A stretch of 64,000 nucleotides of DNA from Nitrospirota bacterium (GTDB lineage Bacteria; Nitrospirota; Thermodesulfovibrionia; Thermodesulfovibrionales; Dissulfurispiraceae), in NCBI GenBank assembly GCA_963710375.1, contig CAVPZX010000008.1, positions 265,138 to 329,137 on the forward strand, read 5' to 3'. Below the pieces are notes generated by a model. The model searched no databases and was not told the DNA's origin. It saw nothing but the letters and a program-made list of their open reading frames with translations. The position numbers and the translations under genes were made by a program. Positions 41,186-52,046 of this stretch are shown here, piece after piece (position 1 is the stretch's first letter; each line of letters starts with the position of its first letter).

Positions 41186-41199
41186 AAGGACTACTCCTA

Positions 41200-42243
41200 A
41201 TGAAAGAGATCAGGACCCTGGTGGTTGACGACAGTCCCTTTGCGCGGGAGCTGATCATGGATATTCTATCCACCGACAAGGAGATAAGGGTGGTGGGGGA
41301 GGCGGCAAACGGCCTGGAGGCGACGCAGAAGGTCAGAGATTTAAAACCTGACATTGTGACTATCGACATCGAGATGCCGGTAATGAACGGCATTGACGCT
41401 ATTGAAGAGATCATGGCCAACAATGCGGTCCCCATACTGGTCGTCACAACCAGCGGAGACGCCAAGACTGCCTATGATGCCATTTCCCATGGAGCGTTAG
41501 ACCTGGTGATGAAACCCGACGTAAGCAGGGAGGGGGCCAGGGAATTTATCGACAAGATTAAACTCCTTTCAAGGATTAAGGTCATTACCCATATCAGCAA
41601 GAGAGCCATGAGGGAAGCAAAGCACGTAAAGAAGTTCTCATTTGCGGGCGGAGAAATGGACAGGACAGTGGCTATCGCTGCTTCCACCGGAGGGCCGGAA
41701 GCTCTTTCACTTATTCTTTCTTCCCTGCCCGCAGGTTTCCCCTGTCCGGTAGTTATTGCCCAGCACATATCTGACGGTTTTGTTGACGGAATGGCTAAAT
41801 GGCTCGGTAAACTGTCGAAGCTCAATGTCAAGTCCCCTGCCGACGGAGAACCGTTGCTCCCCGGCACTGTCTATATAGCCCCGTCAGAGAAGCACATGGA
41901 AATAACCGTCGCAAAAACCATTACATTGGCGGAAAGACAGGATAAGGACATCTACCATCCTTCCTGCGACAGATTGCTATTCTCTGTGGCCCGGGTCTTT
42001 GGCTCCAGAGGTATAGGAGTGATTCTCACCGGCATGGGCAGCGACGGTGTGCGCGGCATGGAGAAAATCAAGAAAGCTGGAGGGATCACCATAGCGCAGG
42101 ACCAAAAAACCTCTGTTGTCTTTGGGATGCCGAAGATAGCCATCGAAAGCGGCTGCATTGACAAGGTGCTGCCCATCGAGAGAATAAGCAGCGAGATCGT
42201 AAACATCTTGAGCGGGGCTGCAGAGGAGTGGAAGAGACGATGA
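41200..42243 (+). CDS. cheB: Chemotaxis methylesterase with REC domain
   Basis: REC domain; ASTGGP, AQHI and LTGMGSDG catalytic motifs. Confidence 0.95.
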   Translation: MKEIRTLVVDDSPFARELIMDILSTDKEIRVVGEAANGLEATQKVRDLKPDIVTIDIEMPVMNGIDAIEEIMANNAVPILVVTTSGDAKTAYDAISHGALDLVMKPDVSREGAREFIDKIKLLSRIKVITHISKRAMREAKHVKKFSFAGGEMDRTVAIAASTGGPEALSLILSSLPAGFPCPVVIAQHISDGFVDGMAKWLGKLSKLNVKSPADGEPLLPGTVYIAPSEKHMEITVAKTITLAERQDKDIYHPSCDRLLFSVARVFGSRGIGVILTGMGSDGVRGMEKIKKAGGITIAQDQKTSVVFGMPKIAIESGCIDKVLPIERISSEIVNILSGAAEEWKRR

Positions 42244-43730
42244 GTATGAACCTGATCCCCTTCAAGAACCTTATCAGGGACAGATGCGGCCTGCACTTTG
42301 AAGATGTGCGGACAGCGTCCCTTTCCGAGGGCATCAGGAATAGGATGGAACAAAAGGGGATGAGCTCATACCCGAACTATTTGGATTGCCTGGTGTATGA
42401 CCAGGACGAGTTCCAATGCCTTGTGAACCTCCTAACCGTGAACGAGACATATTTTTTCAGGGAGCCGGGCCACCTGCAACTTTTAACCGATCGTGTAATC
42501 CCGGAGTTGTTAGCCACAAAAAAAACCGGGGATAAGATTCGGATCATCAGCGCCGGATGCTCCACAGGTGAAGAACCCTATTCCCTGGTCATTGCGGTCA
42601 TGGAGAAGTACGGTGCAGCCGCGAATGCATTCTGTACAGTCATCGGAGCGGACATCGATGGCGATGCCGTGTGCAAGGCTGAAAAAGGAGTCTACAATAC
42701 ACTTTCCTTTCGGGGTCTTAGTGATGACCTCCGGGAGCGGTATTTTGAACCTATGCCAGGCAACCAACACCGTATCAAAGACTTTATAAGAGAAAGAGTG
42801 GAATTCAGAAGGCTTAACCTGCTAAGTGACGACTACCCGTCTGAATTCAGTGGAGCAGATGTTATTTTCTACCGGAACGTTTCGATCTATTTCGAGCCTG
42901 ATGTGCAGAAACATATTTTTACCAAACTGGCGGGTATCCTTAATGAAAACGGTTATCTTTTCGTCAGTTCCACCGAGACACTTTCTCACAATATCGGGGT
43001 CCTTTCCCTGGTAGAGATCAACGGGATATTCCTCTACGAAAAACATATAGAGATATGTCTAGATGAAAGGCGAAGGCAACATGCGCCAAAAGAGAAGAAG
43101 GAAGTCGTGCGGGAGAGGCCGGAGCGGAAATCTCCCCCCGGCAACGCTGGTGCTGCAGAGCGAAAAAAGGCTTTGACCTCTGTCCTCACTAGAAGTGATG
43201 ACAGGAGAAAGGACAGTCCTTCGCTCTTTGACAATGTCTTGTCCCTTGCTAAGGAAAAAAGGTACGAAGAGGCCTTGGAGAAGACAGAATCCCTCATCGG
43301 TCAGGACCCGACCTTTGTAAAGGCTTATTCGCTGAAAGCAGGTATCCTTATCAATATGAAGCGCCTGGAAGAGGCAGAGGCTGTCTGTTTAATGGGTATC
43401 GCCAAGGACCTCTGGTGTCTGGAAGCATATCTTCTTTTGGGGCTCATCTCCAGGATACGGAACGATGAGGAAAGCGCTCTCAAGAGATTCAAGGAGGCCC
43501 TTTACATTCAGTCGTCCTGCTGGCTGGCCCATTTTTATCTGGCGGACATCCATGCCTCCCGCGGTGAAGTGGAGAAGGCATGCCGCGAATATGAGATTGT
43601 TATAAAGCTGCTGACAAAGGGGGACGTGGCAGACCACGGCCTCACTTTTTTCCCCCTGTCGTTTCCTGCAGAAAACATGGCGCATCTCTGCAGGCATAAC
43701 CTGACTGAACTGAGAAAAAGACTGCAGTAA
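42240..43730 (+). CDS. cheR: CheR methyltransferase with C-terminal TPR
   Basis: VNETYFFRE, SAGCSTGEEPYS, IFYRNVSIYF; TPR tail. Confidence 0.93.
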   Translation: MSMNLIPFKNLIRDRCGLHFEDVRTASLSEGIRNRMEQKGMSSYPNYLDCLVYDQDEFQCLVNLLTVNETYFFREPGHLQLLTDRVIPELLATKKTGDKIRIISAGCSTGEEPYSLVIAVMEKYGAAANAFCTVIGADIDGDAVCKAEKGVYNTLSFRGLSDDLRERYFEPMPGNQHRIKDFIRERVEFRRLNLLSDDYPSEFSGADVIFYRNVSIYFEPDVQKHIFTKLAGILNENGYLFVSSTETLSHNIGVLSLVEINGIFLYEKHIEICLDERRRQHAPKEKKEVVRERPERKSPPGNAGAAERKKALTSVLTRSDDRRKDSPSLFDNVLSLAKEKRYEEALEKTESLIGQDPTFVKAYSLKAGILINMKRLEEAEAVCLMGIAKDLWCLEAYLLLGLISRIRNDEESALKRFKEALYIQSSCWLAHFYLADIHASRGEVEKACREYEIVIKLLTKGDVADHGLTFFPLSFPAENMAHLCRHNLTELRKRLQ

Positions 43731-43742
43731 AGGGGAGCTTTC

Positions 43743-46025
43743 ATGGCTTTGGATATGGCTAAATTTCTCGCGCGTTTCGTTGAAGAGGCGCGAGACCACG
43801 TGACGAAGCTCAATGAAGGCCTTGTGCGTCTCGAAAAAGACCCGGAGGACGCGGAGACTACCAACGCCATCTTTCGCTCGGCCCACACCATAAAGGGGTC
43901 TGCCCGGATGATGAAGCTGGCCCCCATATCGGACGTGGCCCATAAGATAGAAGATTGCCTGGGTGCGGTGCGGGAAAAGAAAATTTCTTATTCGCAGGAA
44001 CTTGCGGACCTCCTTTTCAAAGGTATAGACACCATCTCGGAGATGATAGAGAAGACTGCTGCAGGGCAGGAACTTACCATGGACAATGCGACCCTTTGCG
44101 AGGAATTAATGAGAGCTGCAGAGGGTCAGCCTCTGTCAGGGGACGCGGTCGCTATGCCCGCGGAAAAAAAAGCAGAGACATTGACCGTCTCAACTCAGCC
44201 TTTTCAGGCAGCAGAAGCGGCCCCTCCTGTTCCTGGAACTCCTCCTTCGGGCACGTCAGCGACACCACCTCCTGCCAGTGCTCCTGAGACCGCAATTCAG
44301 CAGAAAACGAAGGAGATGACAGGTGAGAGCGTTCGAATCAATGCGGAGAAACTGGATGATCTCATCAAGCTCATGGGAGAAATCGTCTCCAACCAGAACC
44401 GTCTGAAGCAGCGACTGCGGGACGTGAAAGAGCTGGAAGCGGTTGCGCAGCGCCACGCGAAATTCGTCACGAAGCTTGAAAGTGATAATAATTCCGGTTC
44501 CGGGAAGGAGATAGTGTCGACGACCAACTCTCTTTTCAGCAAGATAAAACAGCTCGTATTTAATGTAAGGAACGATACCGTAATACAGGAGTTTCTTACA
44601 GAGGAGCTCCAGGAAAAGGCGCTGATGCTGAGAATGGTCCCCCTTTCCACGGTCTTTGATTCTTTCGGACGGATGATGAGGGACATCAGCCGGTCACTTG
44701 GAAAAGAGATCGATTTTCTTGTGGAGGGAGGAGATATCGAACTGGATAAAAAAATGGTGGAGAAGCTGGGTGACCCTCTCGTCCATATGCTCAGGAATTC
44801 TGTTGACCATGGTGTCGAGACCGGGGAGGAGAGGATCAGGGCCGGAAAGACCGCGAAAGGAATGGTAAGGCTTTCGGCATCTTACGATGCGGGAAGTGTC
44901 CTGATCGAATTGACCGATGATGGCCGGGGCATTTCTCTCGAAAAGATCAGGGAAAAGGCGCTCAAGAAAAATATGTCCACTCGCGAGGAGCTGGACGTCA
45001 TGCCGGAAGCGGATCTCATCGATTTTATCTTCCATCCGGGGTTCAGCACGAGTCCCATTATTACCGATATGTCCGGACGGGGCGTTGGTTTGGACGTGGT
45101 AAAACGTAATATTGTGGAGGAACTCCGGGGCACAGTCAACATCGAAACAAGGGATGGTTATGGCACTGCATTTTTCATCAGGCTTCCTTTGACACTAGCA
45201 GTCATGCGTATCCTCCTTGTCAATGCTTCGGGTATGCCTTTTGCCATCACCTCTCACTACGTCTCCGAGATCATAAGGGCCTCGCTGGAAGACGTTATTA
45301 CGGTAGTGGACAAGAAGGCGGTGCGTCTCCGTGAGGAACTCATACCTGTAACAAGGCTCGAAGATCTTCTGAAACTTCCGTCAAGTGAGAAGAAAGCGGA
45401 CCGGGACAAGGAAGGCGCGCTGATCATTATTGTGCGTGTAGGAAACGAGAAAGTCGGGCTCATAGTGGACAATATTTTGGACGAGGAGAACATGGTGATC
45501 AAGTCGCTGCCTACCCACATGCGGAACATCCCTCTGGTCTCAGGCCTTACCCTGTCAGGGAAGAACGAGATCATCAATGTACTGAATATCCCTGCCGTGA
45601 TCGATGCGGCCAGGGAAATCCGCGAGGCAAAGGTTTCCAAAGAGGCTGTGGGCAAGGAGCGCATCAGTATCCTTGTAGTGGACGATTCCATGAACACGCG
45701 GGAAATCGAGCAGAATATCCTTGAAGCATACGGGTACAAAGTCACTCTGGCCGGGGATGGCATAGAGGCACTAGAAAAGACAAAGGAGTTCGCCTACGAC
45801 CTCATCATCACCGATGTCGAGATGCCCCGTCTCGACGGTTTTTCCCTTACGGAAAGGCTGCGGGCCAGCGAGGAATACAAAAGCACCCCCATTATCATTG
45901 TCACATCAAGGGAGAAGGAAGAGGACAAACGGCGCGGCATAATGGTGGGCGCCGATGCATATATTGTAAAAGGCGCTTTCGACCAGTCCAATCTGCTGGA
46001 GACGGTACAGAACCTTGTGGGATAA
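43743..46025 (+). CDS. cheA: Hybrid CheA kinase with C-terminal REC
   Basis: FRSAHTIKG (Hpt), HMLRNSVDHG, SGRGVGLDVV, CheW domain, REC. Confidence 0.95.
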   Translation: MALDMAKFLARFVEEARDHVTKLNEGLVRLEKDPEDAETTNAIFRSAHTIKGSARMMKLAPISDVAHKIEDCLGAVREKKISYSQELADLLFKGIDTISEMIEKTAAGQELTMDNATLCEELMRAAEGQPLSGDAVAMPAEKKAETLTVSTQPFQAAEAAPPVPGTPPSGTSATPPPASAPETAIQQKTKEMTGESVRINAEKLDDLIKLMGEIVSNQNRLKQRLRDVKELEAVAQRHAKFVTKLESDNNSGSGKEIVSTTNSLFSKIKQLVFNVRNDTVIQEFLTEELQEKALMLRMVPLSTVFDSFGRMMRDISRSLGKEIDFLVEGGDIELDKKMVEKLGDPLVHMLRNSVDHGVETGEERIRAGKTAKGMVRLSASYDAGSVLIELTDDGRGISLEKIREKALKKNMSTREELDVMPEADLIDFIFHPGFSTSPIITDMSGRGVGLDVVKRNIVEELRGTVNIETRDGYGTAFFIRLPLTLAVMRILLVNASGMPFAITSHYVSEIIRASLEDVITVVDKKAVRLREELIPVTRLEDLLKLPSSEKKADRDKEGALIIIVRVGNEKVGLIVDNILDEENMVIKSLPTHMRNIPLVSGLTLSGKNEIINVLNIPAVIDAAREIREAKVSKEAVGKERISILVVDDSMNTREIEQNILEAYGYKVTLAGDGIEALEKTKEFAYDLIITDVEMPRLDGFSLTERLRASEEYKSTPIIIVTSREKEEDKRRGIMVGADAYIVKGAFDQSNLLETVQNLVG

Positions 46026-46054
46026 AAAATATTTTTGAGCATACGGGAGAGACT

Positions 46055-47230
46055 ATGGGACCGGAAAAAACAACGATTCTTGTGGTGGATGACGATTCCT
46101 TTGTGAGAGAGATGCTGTGCATGATTCTCGAGACCAGCGGCTATGCCGTTGCAACTGCCGAAAACGGTGCTGCCGCCTTTCACCAATGTGTCGGAGGGCA
46201 GAGGACCGACCTCATCGTCTCTGACATGAACATGCCGCAGATGAATGGTCTTGAGCTTATCCGCAAGCTTCGCGAAAACAACATAGACACGCCGCTTATT
46301 ATTCTTACCGGCAATAACGAGATATCGGTGGCGGTGGAGGCACTTAACAGCGGCGCCACCGATTATCTTCTGAAGGACGAGAACATCCAGGACACAGTTA
46401 TCCTCTCGGTGGAGAAGTCCCTGGAGAAATACAGGCTCAAAAAGCAGAACATCCAGTTGCTGGAAGACCTGGCCGCCAAGAACTGCGAACTTGAGGCTTC
46501 AAACAAACAACTCATTTACCTGGACAACCTGAAAAACAAGTTTTTGGGCATCGCGGCCCACGACCTGCGCAACCCGCTGACCTCTATCAGAGGCCTCAGC
46601 GAAATCCTTATCGGCGAAGCCTTCGGTCCGCTGACTGCGGACCAGAAAGAATATCTAACCGTCATCAACACAACATCGGACGAGATGCTTTCGCTGGTGA
46701 ATGACTTGCTGGATGTTTCGGTCATCGAGAGCGGAAAGCTCGAACTGCACACCACCCCCGGTTCTCTAAAAGATACGCTGGAAGCGAGAGTGAAGATAAT
46801 TACGGTGATTGCTGACAGAAAAGGGATTTTGATCGAAGCAAACCTTGCTCCTGTTCCTGACGTTGTCTTCGACAGCAACCGCATCAGTCAGGTCATCGAC
46901 AACCTGGTGAGCAATGCAATCAAATTCTCGCCGGCAAACTCCACAATCCGTATCACCCTGGCAGAGGCCGGAAACGGCGTAAGGGTGAGCGTTAGAGATG
47001 AGGGTCCCGGAATACCTCCTGAAGACCGCGCCAGGCTCTTCAAAGAGTTTCAGCGACTGAGCGCTCAGCCAACCGCGGGTGAGAAAACCACCGGCCTGGG
47101 GCTGGCCATTGTCAAGAAGATTGTTGACGCACACGGTGGCAGCCTGGAGGTGGAAAGCGAAGTGGGCAGGGGTTCGATCTTCAGTTTTACAATACCGCTG
47201 AAGCGCAGCGGAGGAGATTTGAAACTTTGA
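46055..47230 (+). CDS. REC-histidine kinase hybrid
   Basis: N-terminal REC, AAHDLRNPL, NLVSNAIKF, GLGLAI. Confidence 0.92.
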   Translation: MGPEKTTILVVDDDSFVREMLCMILETSGYAVATAENGAAAFHQCVGGQRTDLIVSDMNMPQMNGLELIRKLRENNIDTPLIILTGNNEISVAVEALNSGATDYLLKDENIQDTVILSVEKSLEKYRLKKQNIQLLEDLAAKNCELEASNKQLIYLDNLKNKFLGIAAHDLRNPLTSIRGLSEILIGEAFGPLTADQKEYLTVINTTSDEMLSLVNDLLDVSVIESGKLELHTTPGSLKDTLEARVKIITVIADRKGILIEANLAPVPDVVFDSNRISQVIDNLVSNAIKFSPANSTIRITLAEAGNGVRVSVRDEGPGIPPEDRARLFKEFQRLSAQPTAGEKTTGLGLAIVKKIVDAHGGSLEVESEVGRGSIFSFTIPLKRSGGDLKL

Positions 47231-48900
47231 GCAGACCATCCATAAAGGACCAACTGAACAAACTGCGCGAAGCATACGCTTCGCAGCTTCCTGAAAAAAT
47301 CAGCAGGATCGAGAAGGACTGGGTTGCTTTGCAAGAGCACACGGACAATGCTGAAGGGACCAGGGCGCTGCTCCTTGCAGTTCATACGCTCAACGGATCT
47401 GCCGCTTCTTTCGGTTTTAAGGAAGTGAGCATTGCGGCCCGTGAACTCGAATCGGAACTGAAGACCGTGGTGGAGAAGGGCTGCCTGGCCCGGGACATTC
47501 TCGATCTTCCGTTGGCAACGTATATAGAGAAAATGCGCTCTGCCTGTTCCGCCAAAGTAGACGCTGCGGCCCAGGATATGACGGTAATATACGAGGATGC
47601 TGAAACTCAGCCCCTTGACGAAGACGACGATAATATCCGGGAGCCGAAGATAGTATTTCTCGTAGAAGACGATCTCTCTGTTCTGGAAAGCCTGAGCATG
47701 CAGATAGGCCATTTCGGCTATGAGGTGAAGACTTTTTCCGACCTCGCTCCGTTAAAGAAGGAACTGCAACAAACCGAACCTTCTGCCATAATCATGGATA
47801 TGGTCTTTCCGGAAGGCAGCCTGGCAGGCGCCGAGACTATAACAACCATACAGGAAGGCAGGGAAACCAAAGTCCCGGTAGTCTTCATCTCGGTGCGTAA
47901 TGATTTCGATGCCCGCCTGCAGGCGGTGCGGGCCGGTGGGGACGCTTATTTCCTCAAGCCGGTCAGCGTCGGTTCCCTTATCGACAAACTGGATGCAATC
48001 ACCAGGAAAGAAGTGATAGAGCCCTACCGCATCCTGATTATTGACGATGACGTTGACCTCACCTCCTTCTATTCCCTGATTCTCCAGGAAGCAGGAATGG
48101 CGACCTGCGAGGTGAATAATCCGAGGGAGGCGCTCGCCGCTATCACAAAATTCAACCCGGACCTCATTTTGATGGATGTATATATGCCGGAGTGCAGCGG
48201 ACAGGAGCTGGCAACAATGATCCGGGCCATGGACACATATGTGAGTATTCCCATAGTCTACCTTTCGGGAGAGACTGACCTTGAGAAGCAGATGTCCGCC
48301 ATGAGAATGGGAGGTGACGACTTCCTTACCAAGCCAATCGAGCCTGCGCATCTCATCTCGTCAGTGTGCACGCGGGCTGAGCGCATGCGCATCATCCGCT
48401 CGCACATGGACAGGGACAGCCTCACCTCTCTTTTGAACCACACGAAGACCAGGGAGCAACTGGACATAGCCATGGACAGGGCCCGCAGACATGGCGGCAG
48501 CCTTTCCTTTGCCATGATCGACATCGATCATTTCAAGGAAGTGAATGACGCGTATGGACATCCGACCGGGGACAGGGTCATCATGAGCCTTGCCAGGCTG
48601 CTCCAGCAGCGTCTGCGCAAGACAGACGTGGTAGGCCGCTACGGCGGCGAGGAATTCGCTGTGATAATGAACGATACCGGGGCATCCAACGCGGCCAAAG
48701 TTCTGGATGCCATCCGCATCAGCTTTTCCCGGATCAGGAACATGGCTGATGGCCGGGAGTTCTCGGTCACCTTTAGTTGCGGCATCGCATCTTTCTCAGG
48801 CCATGGCGACGCCGCTGTCCTCACAAGCGCTGCAGACAACGCACTCTACGAGGCAAAACGCGGAGGCAGAAACCGCATTGTTCTAAGGGGTTCCGAATAA
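47227..48900 (+). CDS. Hpt-REC-REC-GGDEF diguanylate cyclase
   Basis: VHTLNGSAASFG (Hpt), two REC domains, RKTD I-site, RYGGEEF; TTG start. Confidence 0.92.
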   Translation: MSRPSIKDQLNKLREAYASQLPEKISRIEKDWVALQEHTDNAEGTRALLLAVHTLNGSAASFGFKEVSIAARELESELKTVVEKGCLARDILDLPLATYIEKMRSACSAKVDAAAQDMTVIYEDAETQPLDEDDDNIREPKIVFLVEDDLSVLESLSMQIGHFGYEVKTFSDLAPLKKELQQTEPSAIIMDMVFPEGSLAGAETITTIQEGRETKVPVVFISVRNDFDARLQAVRAGGDAYFLKPVSVGSLIDKLDAITRKEVIEPYRILIIDDDVDLTSFYSLILQEAGMATCEVNNPREALAAITKFNPDLILMDVYMPECSGQELATMIRAMDTYVSIPIVYLSGETDLEKQMSAMRMGGDDFLTKPIEPAHLISSVCTRAERMRIIRSHMDRDSLTSLLNHTKTREQLDIAMDRARRHGGSLSFAMIDIDHFKEVNDAYGHPTGDRVIMSLARLLQQRLRKTDVVGRYGGEEFAVIMNDTGASNAAKVLDAIRISFSRIRNMADGREFSVTFSCGIASFSGHGDAAVLTSAADNALYEAKRGGRNRIVLRGSE

Positions 48901-49084
48901 ATAAATGGCACATTGATGCTTACAGCTCTGCCCTTTTGGGGCAAACGGTTCTTGATTGCTCAATGACAAAAAGGTGATAATATAACATTCTATTTAATTA
49001 GCGGCATTAGGTATAACAGGAAGGAACAAAATTTGATCTCACATATTTTCTCTCTCCAGGCGTCAAAAAAAGAAGAAGGTTGTC

Positions 49085-50074
49085 ATGCCGGATAAACCAA
49101 AGTTAAGCATGTACTGGGCAGCATCGTGCGGTGGTTGTGAGATCGCCCTTGTAAACATCAACGAAAAAATACTGGACGTGGCCGCAGCCTTTGATTTCAT
49201 GTTCTGCCCCTGCCTCATTGATACCAAGAAAAAAGACATTGAGGCAATGCCCGACAAGAGCATAGCCATTACCCTTTTCAATGGGGCTATACGAACAGAG
49301 GAAAACCTGGAGATGGCGTGTCTCTTGAGGAAGAAATCCCGCTTCCTCATTGCATTCGGCTCCTGCTCCTATGAAGGGTGCATTCCAGGTCTCGGAAATC
49401 TCTCGACGAAAGCCGACGTTATGAAGACCGTTTACCTGGACAACGCCAGCATCGACAACCCTTCCGGGATCGTCCCCCAGCCGGTGACTCAGGTCCCCGA
49501 AGGCACTCTGCACCTGCCTGTTTTTTTTGATGTGGTTAAGACCCTCGCTCAGGTGACGGACGTCGATTATTTCATTCCGGGATGTCCTCCCGAGCCGCAC
49601 CAGATATGGAACGTGGTGGAGGCGGTGGTCTCAGGCGATCCCCTGCCGCCCAAGGGGAGCGTTATCGGAGCGGGTAAATCGTCAGTATGCGAGGAATGCG
49701 ACCGGATTAAAGAGGACAAGAATATTGGAGGGTTGCGGAGGACTTACGAGTTCATCCCGGACTCGAAGCAGTGTCTCCTTGAGCAGGGATTGATCTGCAT
49801 GGGCATCGCCACGCGGAACGGATGCGGCGCTCTCTGCCCCAAAGTTAATATGCCTTGCACGGGCTGCTACGGCCCGCCCGAAGGCGTGCCGGACCAGGGA
49901 GCAAAGATGATTGGGGCGCTGGGTTCCATCCTTGACATCGGTGACTTGAAGGGCCTCCAGGAAGAAGAAATTGATAAAAGGACCGACGCTATCATCGACG
50001 CGATCCCAGATTTAGCCGGGACATTCTACAAATATACTCTGCCCGGGTCGATTCTAAGAGGCAAGGTTTCATGA
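49085..50074 (+). CDS. mvhG: [NiFe]-hydrogenase small subunit (MvhG-like, group 3c)
   Basis: SCGGCE, FGSC, PGCPP, CEEC, CLLEQGLICMG, CTGCYGP; no Tat signal. Confidence 0.85.
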   Translation: MPDKPKLSMYWAASCGGCEIALVNINEKILDVAAAFDFMFCPCLIDTKKKDIEAMPDKSIAITLFNGAIRTEENLEMACLLRKKSRFLIAFGSCSYEGCIPGLGNLSTKADVMKTVYLDNASIDNPSGIVPQPVTQVPEGTLHLPVFFDVVKTLAQVTDVDYFIPGCPPEPHQIWNVVEAVVSGDPLPPKGSVIGAGKSSVCEECDRIKEDKNIGGLRRTYEFIPDSKQCLLEQGLICMGIATRNGCGALCPKVNMPCTGCYGPPEGVPDQGAKMIGALGSILDIGDLKGLQEEEIDKRTDAIIDAIPDLAGTFYKYTLPGSILRGKVS

Positions 50075-51564
50075 AAAAAATCAGTATAGACCCCATTACA
50101 AGACTCGAGGGACATGGGAAGATCGAGATATTCCTGAACGACGAAGGGGATGTGGCAAATACCTACTTTCAGGTGCCTGAACTCAGAGGGTTTGAACAAT
50201 TCTCTGTCGGAAGGATGGCAGAGGACATGCCGGTGATCACCAACAGGATATGCGGTGTCTGTCCCGAAGCCCACCATATGGCGTCTGTTAAGGCTTTGGA
50301 CATGCTCTTCGATGTGGAGCCGCCGTCGGCTGCGAAAAAGATCAGAGAACTAGTCTACATGGCTTTTTATGTCACTGACCATACAACTCATTTCTATGCC
50401 CTGGGCGGACCGGACTTTATCGTCGGCCCCGATGCTCCCCCTTCGGAGAGGAACATCCTCGGCGTGATAAAAAAAGTCGGTATCGATATTGCGAGACAGG
50501 TTATCGATTGCAGGGCGAGGAACCATCATGTCATAGAGAAGCTGGGCGGCAGAGGAGTCCATCTCGTAGCCGGTGTTCCCGGAGGATGGAGCAAGCCGGT
50601 TTCCGAGGAGGAGCGGAAAGAGATTGAAGAGATCGCGAAAAAAAACATCGACTTCGCTCTCTTCTCTCTTAAAGCCTTCGATGACATAGTCCTGAAGAAC
50701 CCGACCTACCTGGATCTGGTGACCTCAGACATTTATATGCACAAAACATATTACATGGGAACGGTCGATGAGAAGAACAGGGTCAATTTTTATGACGGTA
50801 TGATACGAATTATAGATCCCGAAGGCAAGGAACTTGTTAAGTATCACCCTAAGGATTATGCGTCGCACATTGCGGAACACGTCGAGACCTGGACGTATCT
50901 CAAATACCCTTATATAAGGAAAATCGGCTGGAAGGGTTTTGTGGACGGCATGGACAGCGGCGTCTACGCTGCGAGTCCGCTGTCAAGGCTCAATGTTGCG
51001 GACCGTATGTCAACGCCAAAGGCTCAGGAGCATTTTGAGAGGATGTACGAGACATTCGGTTCCAGGAAGGTCAATGGCAGATACCAGCCGATACATCATC
51101 GTCTGGCAACGCATTGGGCAAGGCTGGTAGAGCTTCTTTATGCTGCCGAACACATGCTCGAACTTGCAACAGACCCTGAGATCACCTCCCCAAATGTACG
51201 GACTATTCCAGGAAAGATCAAGGGTAAGGGCATAGGTTCAGTGGAGGCCCCGCGGGGGACACTGACTCACGATTATGAGTCGGACGAAAGGGGAGTTCTG
51301 ACAAAAGTCAACTTGATTGTGGGCACGACCAATAATTATGCGCCTATGACAATGTCCATCAAAAGGGCTGCTGAAAAGCTTATCACCAAAGGAAGGGTAG
51401 TTGAAGAATCCCTCTTGAACAAGATCGAGATGGCCTTCAGGCTCTATGATCCCTGTCTTTCCTGCGCTACCCATTCCATGCCCGGAAAGATGCCCATGAC
51501 GGTGAACTTGAGAAACCCGGATGGCCAAATTATCAGGACGTTCAAAAGAGAGGGACGCAGTTGA
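50071..51564 (+). CDS. mvhA: [NiFe]-hydrogenase large subunit (MvhA-like)
   Basis: TRLEGHG, RICGVC (L1), EAPRG, DPCLSCATH (L2) plus a cleavable C-terminal extension. Confidence 0.88.
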   Translation: MKKISIDPITRLEGHGKIEIFLNDEGDVANTYFQVPELRGFEQFSVGRMAEDMPVITNRICGVCPEAHHMASVKALDMLFDVEPPSAAKKIRELVYMAFYVTDHTTHFYALGGPDFIVGPDAPPSERNILGVIKKVGIDIARQVIDCRARNHHVIEKLGGRGVHLVAGVPGGWSKPVSEEERKEIEEIAKKNIDFALFSLKAFDDIVLKNPTYLDLVTSDIYMHKTYYMGTVDEKNRVNFYDGMIRIIDPEGKELVKYHPKDYASHIAEHVETWTYLKYPYIRKIGWKGFVDGMDSGVYAASPLSRLNVADRMSTPKAQEHFERMYETFGSRKVNGRYQPIHHRLATHWARLVELLYAAEHMLELATDPEITSPNVRTIPGKIKGKGIGSVEAPRGTLTHDYESDERGVLTKVNLIVGTTNNYAPMTMSIKRAAEKLITKGRVVEESLLNKIEMAFRLYDPCLSCATHSMPGKMPMTVNLRNPDGQIIRTFKREGRS

Positions 51565-52046
51565 AGACGATCGTCATCGGTCTCGGCAATCCCATCTTGT
51601 CTGATGATTCAGTGGGGGTGAGGATTGCGCGGGAGTTGAAGGAAAGAATTGAAAGCGCCGGACAAAGCGATGTGGAAGTCATAGAAATGTATGCGGGAGG
51701 TATCCGTCTAATGGACGCGATGGCGGGTTACGATAGGGCCGTAATAATCGACTCCATGGTAACGGGTGTGGAGAGGCCGGGGACTCTGCTGCGACTTTCG
51801 CTTTCCGATCTGGTAACCACTCGGAATACCCTGTCGGTGCACGACATGGATCTGCCCACAGCACTCGAGATGGGGAGGATGCTGGGTATGCCCATTCCCT
51901 CTGAGGTTGTCATCTGGGGGATTGAGGCAAAAGACGTGGAAAACTTTGGTGAGGAACTTACAGCAGAGGTTGAGGCATCATTGTCCAGTACCATCGAGAT
52001 CATCGAAGAAGATTTGAATTTTTCTGTACGGCAGGGAGCATTTTAA
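51561..52046 (+). CDS. Hydrogenase maturation protease
   Basis: VIGLGNPILSDDSVG, IIDS, SVH motifs; TTG start. Confidence 0.92.
   Translation: MKTIVIGLGNPILSDDSVGVRIARELKERIESAGQSDVEVIEMYAGGIRLMDAMAGYDRAVIIDSMVTGVERPGTLLRLSLSDLVTTRNTLSVHDMDLPTALEMGRMLGMPIPSEVVIWGIEAKDVENFGEELTAEVEASLSSTIEIIEEDLNFSVRQGAF

Noticed and set aside
48906..48920. Sigma54 promoter-like TGGCAC...TGCT upstream of the hydrogenase operon
   Set aside because: GG-to-GC spacing is 9 nt rather than the required 10.
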